From Actinomycetota bacterium (GTDB lineage: Bacteria; Actinomycetota; Acidimicrobiia; Spongiisociales; UBA4744): a stretch of 64,000 nt of DNA. Of the stretch, positions 45,171 to 58,501 are shown one piece after another (within the stretch, counting starts at the first letter, position 1; the number at the start of each line of letters is the position of its first letter). The translations under genes and the position numbers were made by a program. The notes beneath the pieces are model-generated. The model worked only from the letters and a program-made list of their open reading frames with translations. It ran no database searches and was not told where the DNA came from. The stretch spans positions 12,793 to 76,792 of the forward strand of contig JAADGS010000092.1 in the NCBI GenBank assembly GCA_013152275.1, read 5' to 3'.

Positions 45171-45866
45171 TCATTCGTCCTCGGAGGCCTCGGTCGCACG
45201 CTTCGCCTCGGCCTCCCGAAGCCGCTCGATCGCCGCCTCGAACGTGTGACGCAAGTGCACCTCGAGGGCCTTCGCCGCCGCCTCCGGGCGATGCTGGCGG
45301 CACGCCTCGACGATCTGGCGATGCTCCTCGATCCGATCCTCTATCGTCCCTCGGACCGGCAGGGACAGCCGCCGGTACCGTTCGCTGTTGTCCCACATCA
45401 TGGGGATGAGTCGAAGCAGCCACTTCGATCCGGAAGCCTCGTACAAGAGGTAGTGGAGCTGCTCATGAATGTCGTGGGCGGACAGCGGATCGTTCGGAGC
45501 CAGCGCGGCGTACCGTTCGAGGAGATCCTCCGCCTCGTCGAGTTTGTCATCTTCGATCTTCTCTGCGGCGAACGCGATGGCGACGCCTTCGAGCGCCTGC
45601 CGGATCGTGTACGTCTCCTCGAGATCCTGGGCGGACATCTCGGCCACATGGGTACCGCGATGAGGTGTCCGTTCGACGAGGCCGCTTCGCTCGAGATACC
45701 GCAGCGCCTCTCTGATCGGGACGGAGCTCATCGAAAGGGCCTCCACCTGCTCCTGCAGTCGGATGGGACTCCCTGGGGGAATCTTGCCCGAGATGATCAA
45801 TTCTTTGAGTTCGGCCAACGCCACATCGGCCAGAGTCCGAACCCCTCGATAGTCTGCCACCGCCAT
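45171..45866 (-). CDS. GntR-family (FadR/FCD subfamily) transcriptional regulator
   Basis: N-terminal wHTH (LKELIISGKIPPGSPIRLQEQVEALSMSSVPIREALRYLERSGLV) plus an all-helical FCD domain. Confidence 0.85.
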   Translation of the reverse strand: MAVADYRGVRTLADVALAELKELIISGKIPPGSPIRLQEQVEALSMSSVPIREALRYLERSGLVERTPHRGTHVAEMSAQDLEETYTIRQALEGVAIAFAAEKIEDDKLDEAEDLLERYAALAPNDPLSAHDIHEQLHYLLYEASGSKWLLRLIPMMWDNSERYRRLSLPVRGTIEDRIEEHRQIVEACRQHRPEAAAKALEVHLRHTFEAAIERLREAEAKRATEASEDE

Positions 45867-46140
45867 CTAGCTTCCCTCCTGAGCGATCGGACCACGACAG
45901 CCCTTCATCGGCACGATCTCCACCGACATCACGGTGAAGCGACCGGACGATCACGACCTTGCGACGCCGCCACCGGACGTTCTCCGGCCCGAAGCCGGGC
46001 CGGCTCGATGCTCGACGGGTGAACGGACGACCGGAGCGGCGCTGCACGGCCGATCCTCCTCCGAGGATGCAGCCGCACACGACCCGACGGCACCGCCGGC
46101 CTCTCGTTCACCATACGCATCTTCCCTCCTGCGGCCGTGG

Positions 46141-46599
46141 TCACAATGTCGTAAGTGACCGCTCTGCGGCACCGAAGAATTCCGCCAAGATCATCTCGGC
46201 CTTTTTCTGGATGGTACTCGCACCCATCGTGGCGACCGTCCCAAGGACCTTGTACTCCCCCGAGACGTGGATCAACGTCCCGTCCTCCGTCGGATCGAGT
46301 CGCAGCTCCGCCTCCACGCTGATGTGCGTGTTCACGTGTCGATCCTGCCCTTCGGCATGGAAGCGAATCCGGCGCCCTTCCTCGAGTTCGACGACCTTCA
46401 CGGAGAGATCCGCCTTCAGGTTGAACATACCGAACCGGTCCGCAAGGACCGCCTCGTAGGAGGACAGGTGCTCCAGCTCGACGACCCCGCTGATCAGCGA
46501 CACCCATCCGGCAACTTTGTCGACGTCGATCAGTACCGGCCAGCACACCTCCGCGGGCGCTCCGACGCGGATCGAACGTTCGAAGTTTGCACTCGGCAT
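46141..46599 (-). CDS. coxG: CoxG/SRPBCC-family protein (carbon monoxide dehydrogenase subunit G-like)
   Basis: 152 aa with a SRPBCC/polyketide_cyc2 profile, immediately downstream of the large Mo subunit. Confidence 0.75.
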   Translation of the reverse strand: MPSANFERSIRVGAPAEVCWPVLIDVDKVAGWVSLISGVVELEHLSSYEAVLADRFGMFNLKADLSVKVVELEEGRRIRFHAEGQDRHVNTHISVEAELRLDPTEDGTLIHVSGEYKVLGTVATMGASTIQKKAEMILAEFFGAAERSLTTL

Positions 46600-46602
46600 G
46601 AC

Positions 46603-49071
46603 TCAGCCCACACTCTCGCGAGAGATGACCGTCACACCACGGCCCAGATCGGTTCCGAAACCCCGCAACAGCCCGTACACGCGTTCGGGCGGATTGAAGG
46701 AGTCCTCGACGATCCGAGAGGAGTCGTCGAGAGCGTCATTGATGGCCGAAGAGATCGTGTGCAAAGGCGCGCCACCGCCTTCTCCCATGCCCTTGGCGCC
46801 GGTCCCCGTGAACGGTGAAGGCGACTCCAGGTAGTCCGTGGCGATCGGTGGTACGTCTACCGCCCTCACCGCGTGGTAGTGGAGGAAGTTGGCGTTGAGG
46901 AGCTGCCCGTCCTCGTCGTATTCCAGCGACTCTTGCAGCGCCGCCCCGATTCCCTGAGCCGTTGCCCCATGGACCTGACCTTCGACGATCAGCGGATTGA
47001 TTCTCGTACCGCAGTCGTCCACGGCGGCATATCGGAGGATCTCGACTTTCCCGGTCTCCTCGTCTATCTCGATCACGCACGCGTGGATCTGTATTGCGTA
47101 CGTCAAGGTCAGATTCCCGAACTTGCGGTCGAGATCCGGCACTTCGAACGGCGGCACATAGTTGTACCGGCAGTTCAGCGTGACACGCTCCAGGAGATCC
47201 GCCGGCAGGCCGGCGTTGTTCGAATAGATCATGTTGGCGATGCCGATGAACGGGATCATCGCATCGTGATTGTCGATGACCCGAGCGTTGCCGTCCACCA
47301 ATTCGATCTCATCCGGCGGCACGCCCAGTGCAACTGATGCGACATCGAGGATCTCGCCCCGAAGCTTCTCCACCGCCCCGATCACGGCGTTGATGCCCGT
47401 CACGGCGAACTGGCTGGCGTAGGTGCCGGAGAACCCGACGTAGGCGCTCCTCGACTGGTCGAATCCGGGGAACACGTGCACCTGGTCGGGTGCCATGCCC
47501 AGGACGTCGGCTGCGACCTGCGCCGCGGTCGTCTCGTGGCTCTGCCCCTGCGGCGTCGTCCCGATGGCGATCGTGACTTCTCCATAGAGGTCGAGCCGCG
47601 CGATCGCCGCCTCTCCGTTGCCGGAGAATGGAAGGTCCTTGTTGATGATGCGCGCCTGACCAAAGTTGTTGGTGCCCGAGTCGAGCGTGCTCCCGATGCC
47701 GATGCCGATTCGCTTGCCGGTCCCGCGGGTCGTTGCCTGAAGCTCGCGAGCCTCCGGGTAGTCGATCAGTTCCAGCACCCTCTCCAGCGCACGCGGGAGG
47801 TCACCCGAGTCGTACACACACCCGTTCGGTGTCTCATACGGGTAGTCCTCGGGCTGGACGTAGTTCAGCTTGCGGATCTCGACCGGGTCGAAGGACAGTT
47901 CCTTCGCCACGACATCGATGATGCGCTCGAGCATCCACAGATGCTGATGCCTCGAATACCCGCGGCTCGGCACCGTCGGACACTTGTTGGTGAGGCTCTG
48001 TGAGTAGTTGATGTCGAAATGCTTCATCGTGTAGCAGCCCGGCACCACCTGGCTCCAGATGACCGCTCCGAGCGGTTCGTAGTGAAGGTATGCGCCGCCG
48101 TCGTCCACCACGCGTGCACGAACGCCGAGAATCCTTCCATCGGCCATCACCGGCACCTCGATGTCGAGGAACCAGCGTTCATTCCCGTGTCCGGCCGACT
48201 GAAAGTGCTCCGTGCGTGTCTCGGTCCACTTGACCGGACGGCCCGCCTTGCGCGACAGCAACGCCAGCGCACCGGTCTGGGTATAGATGTTGATCTTGAT
48301 GCCGAATCCGCCTCCGATGTCCTGGGACCGGAAATCGAACTGATCGATCCCCACACCCAACGAAGGGCCGATCACCATGGCACCGAACAGCGGCATCTGA
48401 TTGTTCGAGATCACCTCGATGCGGTCGGTGCCGGGATCCCAGTTGATCACCACACCGAAACACTCGAGGGGAGCCGCCGAGAATCGGTGGAAGTGCAGCT
48501 TGTCGATCTTGACGACGTGATCCGCATTCTCGAGAGCCCAGTCGATGTCGCCGTAGACATAGTCGCCTTGCCAGGAGATGTTCGAACCGATCGACTCGTG
48601 GAGGATCGGTGCGTCCGGCTCCTGGGCGGCCGGCGCGTCCGTGACGACCGGCAGCTGCTCGTATTCGACCTCGACGAGATCGGCCGCATCCCGGGCGACC
48701 TCCCTCGATTCGGCCAGAACCAGTGCGACCGGGTCGCCTTGATAGCGCACCTTGTCGACCGCGAGAAGGTACTCCTCGAGCTTTCCCCCCGGTTCGGACG
48801 CTATCTGGAACAGGGGCGTGGTCATCGCCTTGACTTCGTCGCCGGTCAGCGTGGCGTACACACCGGGCATCGCCTCCGCCGCCGACGTGTCGACCGAGAT
48901 GATGCGGGCGTGGGCGAACGGGGAACGAACGAACTGCGCATACCCCATTCTGCGCATGCCCTCATCGTCCACGAACGAGCCCTTGCCCTCCAACAACCTG
49001 CGGTCTTCTTTTCGTGGATAGCTCTGGCCAAGCCATGTCTTGCGATCTTGCTGAACACCACTCGTGGTCAT
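46603..49071 (-). CDS. Xanthine-dehydrogenase-family molybdopterin-binding large subunit (CoxL/CutL-like; substrate unknown)
   Basis: 822 aa. Ald_Xan_dh_C plus MoCoBD domains. GGGFG motif (QDIGGGFGIKIN). No canonical form-I VAYRCSFR or form-II AYRGAGR active-site loop is recognisable. Confidence 0.85.
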   Translation of the reverse strand: MTTSGVQQDRKTWLGQSYPRKEDRRLLEGKGSFVDDEGMRRMGYAQFVRSPFAHARIISVDTSAAEAMPGVYATLTGDEVKAMTTPLFQIASEPGGKLEEYLLAVDKVRYQGDPVALVLAESREVARDAADLVEVEYEQLPVVTDAPAAQEPDAPILHESIGSNISWQGDYVYGDIDWALENADHVVKIDKLHFHRFSAAPLECFGVVINWDPGTDRIEVISNNQMPLFGAMVIGPSLGVGIDQFDFRSQDIGGGFGIKINIYTQTGALALLSRKAGRPVKWTETRTEHFQSAGHGNERWFLDIEVPVMADGRILGVRARVVDDGGAYLHYEPLGAVIWSQVVPGCYTMKHFDINYSQSLTNKCPTVPSRGYSRHQHLWMLERIIDVVAKELSFDPVEIRKLNYVQPEDYPYETPNGCVYDSGDLPRALERVLELIDYPEARELQATTRGTGKRIGIGIGSTLDSGTNNFGQARIINKDLPFSGNGEAAIARLDLYGEVTIAIGTTPQGQSHETTAAQVAADVLGMAPDQVHVFPGFDQSRSAYVGFSGTYASQFAVTGINAVIGAVEKLRGEILDVASVALGVPPDEIELVDGNARVIDNHDAMIPFIGIANMIYSNNAGLPADLLERVTLNCRYNYVPPFEVPDLDRKFGNLTLTYAIQIHACVIEIDEETGKVEILRYAAVDDCGTRINPLIVEGQVHGATAQGIGAALQESLEYDEDGQLLNANFLHYHAVRAVDVPPIATDYLESPSPFTGTGAKGMGEGGGAPLHTISSAINDALDDSSRIVEDSFNPPERVYGLLRGFGTDLGRGVTVISRESVG

Positions 49072-49589
49072 GCCTCCACCCTCCTTCCGGCCTTACTGGC
49101 GTCACGGACGGCCTCGACGATGTGCATGTAGCCGGTGCACCGGCAGATGTTTCCGCTGATGCCTTCCCGAATCTCCTCATCGGAGGGGGAAGGATTGCGC
49201 TCGAGGAGGAACTCGCTGCTCATCAACATCCCGGACGTGCAGTAGCCGCATTGCAGTGCGTGGTGCTCGTGGAATGCCTCCTGCAGGGGGCTCAACTCGC
49301 CGTCCGAGGCCAGGGATTCGACGGTCTCGATCTCGGCGCCATCCGCCTGAACCGCAAGCATCATGCAGCTCTTGATCGTCACACCGTTGTAGCGGATGGT
49401 GCAGGCACCACAGTGACCGGTATCACATCCGATCTTCGGGCCTCTGAGACCCAGATCGTCGCGAAGGACGTGGATGAGCAGTCGGCGGGCCGAAACCGTG
49501 CAACTGACCTCCTCTCCGTTCAGGACGAAGTTGATTTCGTGAATCATCCCATCGCTCATGTCAACTGCCTCCCTCATCGATGGCAGCAA
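49068..49589 (-). CDS. coxS: (2Fe-2S)-binding small subunit of Mo hydroxylase (CoxS/CutS-like)
   Basis: Two [2Fe-2S] motifs: CDTGHCGACT and CGYCTSGM...CRCTGY. Confidence 0.9.
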   Translation of the reverse strand: MLPSMREAVDMSDGMIHEINFVLNGEEVSCTVSARRLLIHVLRDDLGLRGPKIGCDTGHCGACTIRYNGVTIKSCMMLAVQADGAEIETVESLASDGELSPLQEAFHEHHALQCGYCTSGMLMSSEFLLERNPSPSDEEIREGISGNICRCTGYMHIVEAVRDASKAGRRVEA

Positions 49590-50412
49590 GCACCGCCCTC
49601 TTCGTCACGACCGGAATCATCGCTCGCCGGTAATCGGCGCTCGCGTCCGGATCGCTCATCGGCTCCAATCCTTCGGCGGCATCGGAAGTTGCGGCCGAGA
49701 CCGATTCCTCGTCGGTGCCACCGCCTCGAAGTGCATCCTCGACCGCCCGCCGGCGGACCGGAACCGGAAGGCATGCGACGACCACCACGGCGTCGTCGAT
49801 GCGATCTCCCGTCGTTCGGACCACGGCAACCGCCCGGGCGACGGCCTCACCAATCTCGATATCGACGTACCCGACCCCTGCGTCGCCGATGGGTGGCACG
49901 ATCACCGACCTGAGCACCTCGCCCGGCTGAAGATCCGTGACGTAGAAGCCGGTGATGAATCGTTCCGCGGGCACCGAACGCTCCCCGTCGGGCCCGATCA
50001 GCCGCATGGTCGCTCCCAGGGCGACAAAGAGCGGCGGGAAATTGTTGATCGGGTCGGCGTGGCACACGTTGCCTCCGATCGTGCCCCGATCTCGCACCTG
50101 CTGGTCGACCGTGCGTGCCGCGACCTCGGCGATGATCTTGTGGCCGGCGGCCACTTCCTCGGAGTGGGCCACCTGGTCATAGGTCACTCCCGCTCCGATC
50201 TCGATGGAACCGTCGTCGAGCCTCCGAATCTCTTGCAGTTCGGCCAGCCGGCTGATGTCGACCAGCATCTCGACCCGAGCCGCCCGAAGCTTGAGGACGC
50301 TGATGAGGCTCTGCCCGCCTGCAAGGACCCTGGCTCCGGGATTCTCCGCAAGGACCCGAACCGCCTCATCGAGGCTCGTCGGCCGCTGGTAGGCGAGAGG
50401 AGCGAGAATCAT
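49561..50412 (-). CDS. coxM: FAD-binding medium subunit of Mo hydroxylase (CoxM/CutM-like)
   Basis: FAD_binding_5 motifs (AGGQSLISVL; TIGGNVCHADP) and a CO_deh_flav_C domain. Confidence 0.9.
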   Translation of the reverse strand: MILAPLAYQRPTSLDEAVRVLAENPGARVLAGGQSLISVLKLRAARVEMLVDISRLAELQEIRRLDDGSIEIGAGVTYDQVAHSEEVAAGHKIIAEVAARTVDQQVRDRGTIGGNVCHADPINNFPPLFVALGATMRLIGPDGERSVPAERFITGFYVTDLQPGEVLRSVIVPPIGDAGVGYVDIEIGEAVARAVAVVRTTGDRIDDAVVVVACLPVPVRRRAVEDALRGGGTDEESVSAATSDAAEGLEPMSDPDASADYRRAMIPVVTKRAVLAAIDEGGS

Positions 50413-50628
50413 GATCCGACCTCACCGATCGCGTGTCCCTCGATTCGTGACATGGGCTCCTCTCTTTCCTCTCCGTCGGTGACGACACCGAACGTGACTT
50501 CACGTTCCGACTCGACATCGCGGACGAGGCGCGTACCTCGACCTGCGAACCGAGACTGCCGACATCATATTTGATATCTGATAAGACCCGTCTTGGTGAC
50601 GAGTATAGAACCAACGATCGAGCTGTGC

Positions 50629-52239
50629 TCAGACCTTGATCCGGGACGACAAACGAGATCTCCTGGAGTGCGCCGCAAGGATGCCGCTTCCGGCCAAGAG
50701 GCCCGAACCGGCTCCCACTCCGGCGCCCGGCCAGGTGCTCGCACCGCACATCCACAAACGCTCGACGGGAGTCTTGTACCGGCTCCAGCCCGCCATCGGC
50801 CGAAGGAACAGGTACTGCATGAGATGGTGGCTGCCGGAGAGCGAGTCGCCCCCGACGAGGTTCGCGTCCGCCGCCTCGAGATCGGCGGGCGACAGGACCG
50901 CACGTCCCAGCACACGCTGGCCGAGCCCGGGCGCGTACGACTCGAGTATCGACATCACCCGATCGGCGTACGGTTCCTTCGCCTCGGCCCACGATGTCGT
51001 GTCGATCTCGCCGAGTGCGTCACGCCGGATCTGTCCGGGGACCATGCGGACCTGCACCCACAGGACATGCTTCCCCGCCGGGGCGCGGCTCGGATCGACG
51101 ACGGTCGGCTGACCGACGACGAGCGTAGGCGTCTCCGGGAGCAGACCCGCCTGCACCCGCTGATAGGCCAGCGCCATGTCGTCGACGTACGGACCGATGT
51201 GCACGTACGCGTAGTCGGCGGTCTCATCATTCCGCCACGGCGCGGGCCCGTCCATGGCGAGATGGATCATCATGGTTCCCGGCCCATATCGGTACGCGGC
51301 CGCCTGCCTACGAAGCCGATCCGGCAGATCGACGTCGCGTAGAAGCCGGCCGAACAGGGCGGTCGGCGTCAGATTCGCCAGGACCGCACGTCGACAGGTG
51401 AGCCGTTCGCCGGTCGTCAGCACCACCCCGGAGGTCTTGCCGCCTTCCACGAGGATGCGATCCACTTCGGCGTCGCAGCGCAGCGTCCCCCCTCGCGCCT
51501 CCAGCAGTGAGACCATGGCATCGATCATGTTCCCTGCGCCTCCCCGGCCCAGCACCATGCCATTGGCGAACGATGCCATCGATTCGAGGAACGGGAAGAG
51601 CGCACCTCCCGACACGTCGGGGGCAAAGTCCAGATGCATCCCCCAGCTCGCGCACAGCGCCTGGACCTCCGGCGTGCCGAAGCGCTCCTCGACGAACTCG
51701 CGCGGAGACTGGAACACCAGTCTCGTGAGATCGCCGGGCCACGATCGACCCAAGGCTCGCGTGCCCTTCAGGAGCGCACGGACCGCCCGGACGGACGGGA
51801 GCGGAGTCGCCAGCAGGGGAAACAGGTGCGGTGCCACACGCGAAAACCATTCGGACAGCTCGAACCAGGCGTCGGCGTCATCGGCGGAGAACGCGGCGAT
51901 CGATGCTCTCGTGGCGTCCCTGTCCGTGCTGATCCCCAGAAACCGGCCATCCGGAAACGCCGACGAGAACGGCCGATCGCAGGCAACGAAGGACAATCCA
52001 TGGTCGGCCAGCTCGGCACCGTATCGGGCGAAGAAAGGCGATCCGGCGAAGAGATTGAGATTGGTGGCGAACAGATCGTGACGGAACCCCGGGAGCGTGA
52101 CTTCCTCCGTCCGCACCGCTCCCCCGGCAACCGAATTCCGTTCGAGCACCGTAACGTCCCAACCGGCGTCGGCAAGCACGATCGCTGCCGCAAGCCCGTT
52201 GTGTCCTGCCCCGATCACCAGCGCGTCATTCATCCGCAA
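50629..52239 (-). CDS. Phytoene-desaturase-family (CrtI-like) FAD-dependent oxidoreductase, paralog 2
   Basis: DALVIGAGHNGLAAAIVLADAG FAD motif. Collinear similarity with 43306..44886 along its whole length. Confidence 0.8.
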   Translation of the reverse strand: MRMNDALVIGAGHNGLAAAIVLADAGWDVTVLERNSVAGGAVRTEEVTLPGFRHDLFATNLNLFAGSPFFARYGAELADHGLSFVACDRPFSSAFPDGRFLGISTDRDATRASIAAFSADDADAWFELSEWFSRVAPHLFPLLATPLPSVRAVRALLKGTRALGRSWPGDLTRLVFQSPREFVEERFGTPEVQALCASWGMHLDFAPDVSGGALFPFLESMASFANGMVLGRGGAGNMIDAMVSLLEARGGTLRCDAEVDRILVEGGKTSGVVLTTGERLTCRRAVLANLTPTALFGRLLRDVDLPDRLRRQAAAYRYGPGTMMIHLAMDGPAPWRNDETADYAYVHIGPYVDDMALAYQRVQAGLLPETPTLVVGQPTVVDPSRAPAGKHVLWVQVRMVPGQIRRDALGEIDTTSWAEAKEPYADRVMSILESYAPGLGQRVLGRAVLSPADLEAADANLVGGDSLSGSHHLMQYLFLRPMAGWSRYKTPVERLWMCGASTWPGAGVGAGSGLLAGSGILAAHSRRSRLSSRIKV

Positions 52240-52725
52240 CAGCCTCCAACCACGGAATCTCCACTATTCGTGCCGACACCTTACCCGTGCAGCCGCCCCT
52301 CGTCCGGGCGCGACATCGCGCCTCCCGCACGACTGTCCAGTCGCTTCGTGTACACCGGCCGCTCCCCACAGACCGATGCCGGGCACCCTCCCGAAAGCCT
52401 GCGCGCCGGGCATCCTGATGCATCGCCGACGTGCGTCGGAGGCCCGGCACGGGATACGAGGCACGTCCATACGCGAGCAAGGCGCACGACCGTCGATCGG
52501 CACGGATGGACCCCCACCGTTCGTCGGGAAGTCCCCTCACCGCCCCCACCACCTCCGAACGGTGCCGCCGGCGGCTCATCGCCGATGCGTAACGTGGCCG
52601 TGACGGACGGCATCCGCATCGGTACCGCTATCCTGGCTGGCGACTCGACCGGACATCGTCTGTCGCGTGCCATGACATATCCGACAGTCCCCGGTCGAGA
52701 CGCTGCACGATGAGGAGGCCAAGAC

Positions 52726-56286
<3,561 letters not shown>

Positions 56287-56290
<4 letters not shown>

Positions 56291-57297
56291 CCGTGGACCT
56301 GCGCACCAGCTATCTGGGACTGGAACTGGCACATCCGATCGTGCCGTCGGCGTCTCCCGCGACGGGGACACTCGACGCTCTGCACAGGCTGGAGGCCGCA
56401 GGGGCCTCCGCGATCGTGCTCCCGTCTCTGTTCGAGGAACAGATCAAACACGAGGAAGCCGAGATCCAGCGGCTGGCGGAGTTCGCGGCCGAGAGTTTCG
56501 CCGAGGCGACGTTCGGATACTTCCCCGAGATGACGGACTACAACACGGGGCCGGGCCCGTATCTCAAACTCATACGAGACGCCAAGGCGACACTCGGGAT
56601 TCCGGTCATCGCGAGCCTGAACGGATTCTCGGCGGGAGGATGGATCGCCTACGCGAAGAAGATCCAGGATGCCGGAGCGGATGCGCTCGAACTCAACATC
56701 TATTTCGTCCCCGGCGATCCCGCCGAGCCGGGGACGGCCGTGGAGCAGCAGTATCTCGAGCTCATCCAACAGTGCAGAGAGTCGGTCGAGATCCCGATCG
56801 CCGTCAAGATCGGACCGTATTTCAGTTCGGTCGCCAACATGGTGAGCCGGATCGTCGACGCCGGGGCGGACGGCCTGGTTCTGTTCAATCGTTACATGAT
56901 GCCCGACGTCGATCTCGAGGCGTTGACCGTCACACCCGCGCTGCAGTTGTCCGACCCTTCCGAGCTGCGGCTGCCGCTGCGCTGGATAGCGCTTCTTCAC
57001 GGCAAGGTGAACGCCTCGCTCGCCCTGTCGAGTGGAGTCCATTCCGCCCAGGATGCCCTGAAGGGCCTGTTGACCGGCGCGGACGTCACCATGATGACTT
57101 CGGCGCTCCTGGATCACGGTCCCGAGTATCTGACGACGGTCATCGATGGGGTCGCACAGTGGCTCCACGAGCACGAGTACGTCTCGGTCGAGCAGGCGAA
57201 GGGCTCCCTCAGTGAGCAGGCGGCCCCGGATCCCGAAGCATTCTCCCGGTCCAGCTACATGCAGACCCTCATCAGCTACACGGGTCCGGCGGTCTGA
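56287..57297 (+). CDS. Dihydroorotate-dehydrogenase-like (PyrD class 1 fold, TIM-barrel flavoprotein) protein, coupled to PFOR
   Basis: DHO_dh-like motifs (NGFSAGG, ELNIYFVPGD, IAVKIGPY, LVLFNRY). TTG/GTG start overlapping the PFOR stop. Confidence 0.7.
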
Positions 57298-57375
57298 CGT
57301 CACCGGGCGCGTGACCACTTTGCCGGATGTCCGATCAGGATGAGCTACGACGGTTCGTGATCACTCGGAAGCCCC

Positions 57376-57436
57376 GGGACCCGCCCCATCCCGTTCTCGT
57401 GACGGTTGACGAGGATTATTCCTGTGAAGCGTCACG
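57376..57436. repeat. REP-like palindromic element copy 3 (CCCGTTCTCGTGACGGTTGA-cgaggattattcctg-TGAAGCGTCACGAGAACGGGG)
   Basis: Read directly from the sequence. It lies between the convergent pyrD-like and sdpI-like genes. Confidence 0.8.
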
Positions 57437-57470
57437 AGAACGGGGATGTTGGGTCATCCCTCACCCGCGA

Positions 57471-58160
57471 TCACGCTTCCTCACGACCTTGTTTCGACTT
57501 TCTCGGGTCGGATCGCCACACGACATAGGAGTACGGCACGCTGATCACGGTGATCCCGATCGGGCCGCCGATCACCAGCCACAGCATGACGCTCGGCCTG
57601 ACGAAGGCTCCGACGAGCATCAACGCGCCGACGGCCATGAAGAGTTTCCCTGCGAGTCGATGCGTCTTGTTCCACGAGAGGTCACTCGTCAACGTCCATG
57701 GAGTCCGCACCCCCATCAGAAAGTTGCTCTTGACCTTCGGCAGGAAGTTTCCGATCACCACGAACATCACGCCGACGAGACCGAAAGCGATGAACGAGAC
57801 ATTGACCGTCCGCCCGACGGCGGTGAACACGATGGCGGCGTGGATTCCGCCGAGGAACAGGAGGAGGACTGCCCAGATCGCGAGAAACGCCTTCCCGGAT
57901 TGGAGCAGATTGGTGCGACGCGGCTCGATCCTCGGCAGCACGGCGAACAGCGCGGCGACGCCCATCGTGACAAGCGGCATGAGGTAGAGACCTTCGAACC
58001 TTCCGCCGTACCGGTCGGGTGTGCCGTCGGGACCGAAGTGCACCGGGATCTGCGCACCCGCCGGTAGGCGTCCAGAAGCCCAAAGCGACAGGGCAAACAT
58101 GGCCGCGACAATGAGCAGACTCCAGAGCATTCCCGTTCGAATCGTTCGCTTGTCGATCAT
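57471..58160 (-). CDS. SdpI/YhfL-family membrane protein (DUF1648; immunity-protein-like)
   Basis: 229 aa with 6 predicted TM helices. It has a 4-nt overlap with the upstream ArsR-type regulator, the typical sdpR-sdpI arrangement. Confidence 0.7.
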   Translation of the reverse strand: MIDKRTIRTGMLWSLLIVAAMFALSLWASGRLPAGAQIPVHFGPDGTPDRYGGRFEGLYLMPLVTMGVAALFAVLPRIEPRRTNLLQSGKAFLAIWAVLLLFLGGIHAAIVFTAVGRTVNVSFIAFGLVGVMFVVIGNFLPKVKSNFLMGVRTPWTLTSDLSWNKTHRLAGKLFMAVGALMLVGAFVRPSVMLWLVIGGPIGITVISVPYSYVVWRSDPRKSKQGREEA

Positions 58161-58438
58161 GGCTCCCTCGCAATACCGAACACGTCGAGCAGCGCGAGGA
58201 GAGCCTCTTCGAGCACCGAGACGTTGAGCCGGTACACGATCGTCCTCCCCACCTTGCTTCCCTGGATGAGATCGGCGTCTCGGAGCACGTTGAAGTGACC
58301 GGACATGGTCGGCTTCGACAGATCGAAATGCTCCGCCAGCTCCCCCGCGGTCATGTCACGCTGCCGCAGCAGCTGCAGGATCCTCCTTCGGGTCGGATCC
58401 GACAGCGCCCGATACACCTTGTTTCTCATTTTGGTCAT
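58157..58438 (-). CDS. ArsR/SmtB-family transcriptional regulator (SdpR-like autorepressor)
   Basis: Start MTKMRNKVYRALSDPTRRRILQLL...MTAGELAEHFDLSKPTMSGHFNVL (wHTH). The ORF extension to 58498 is unlikely. Confidence 0.8.
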   Translation of the reverse strand: MTKMRNKVYRALSDPTRRRILQLLRQRDMTAGELAEHFDLSKPTMSGHFNVLRDADLIQGSKVGRTIVYRLNVSVLEEALLALLDVFGIAREP

Positions 58439-58501
58439 TGCCGAAACGATAGCGGACCGCCGTTGCCGGTGCCCACCCGGGCAACATGCACGCAGCAAGG
58501 A

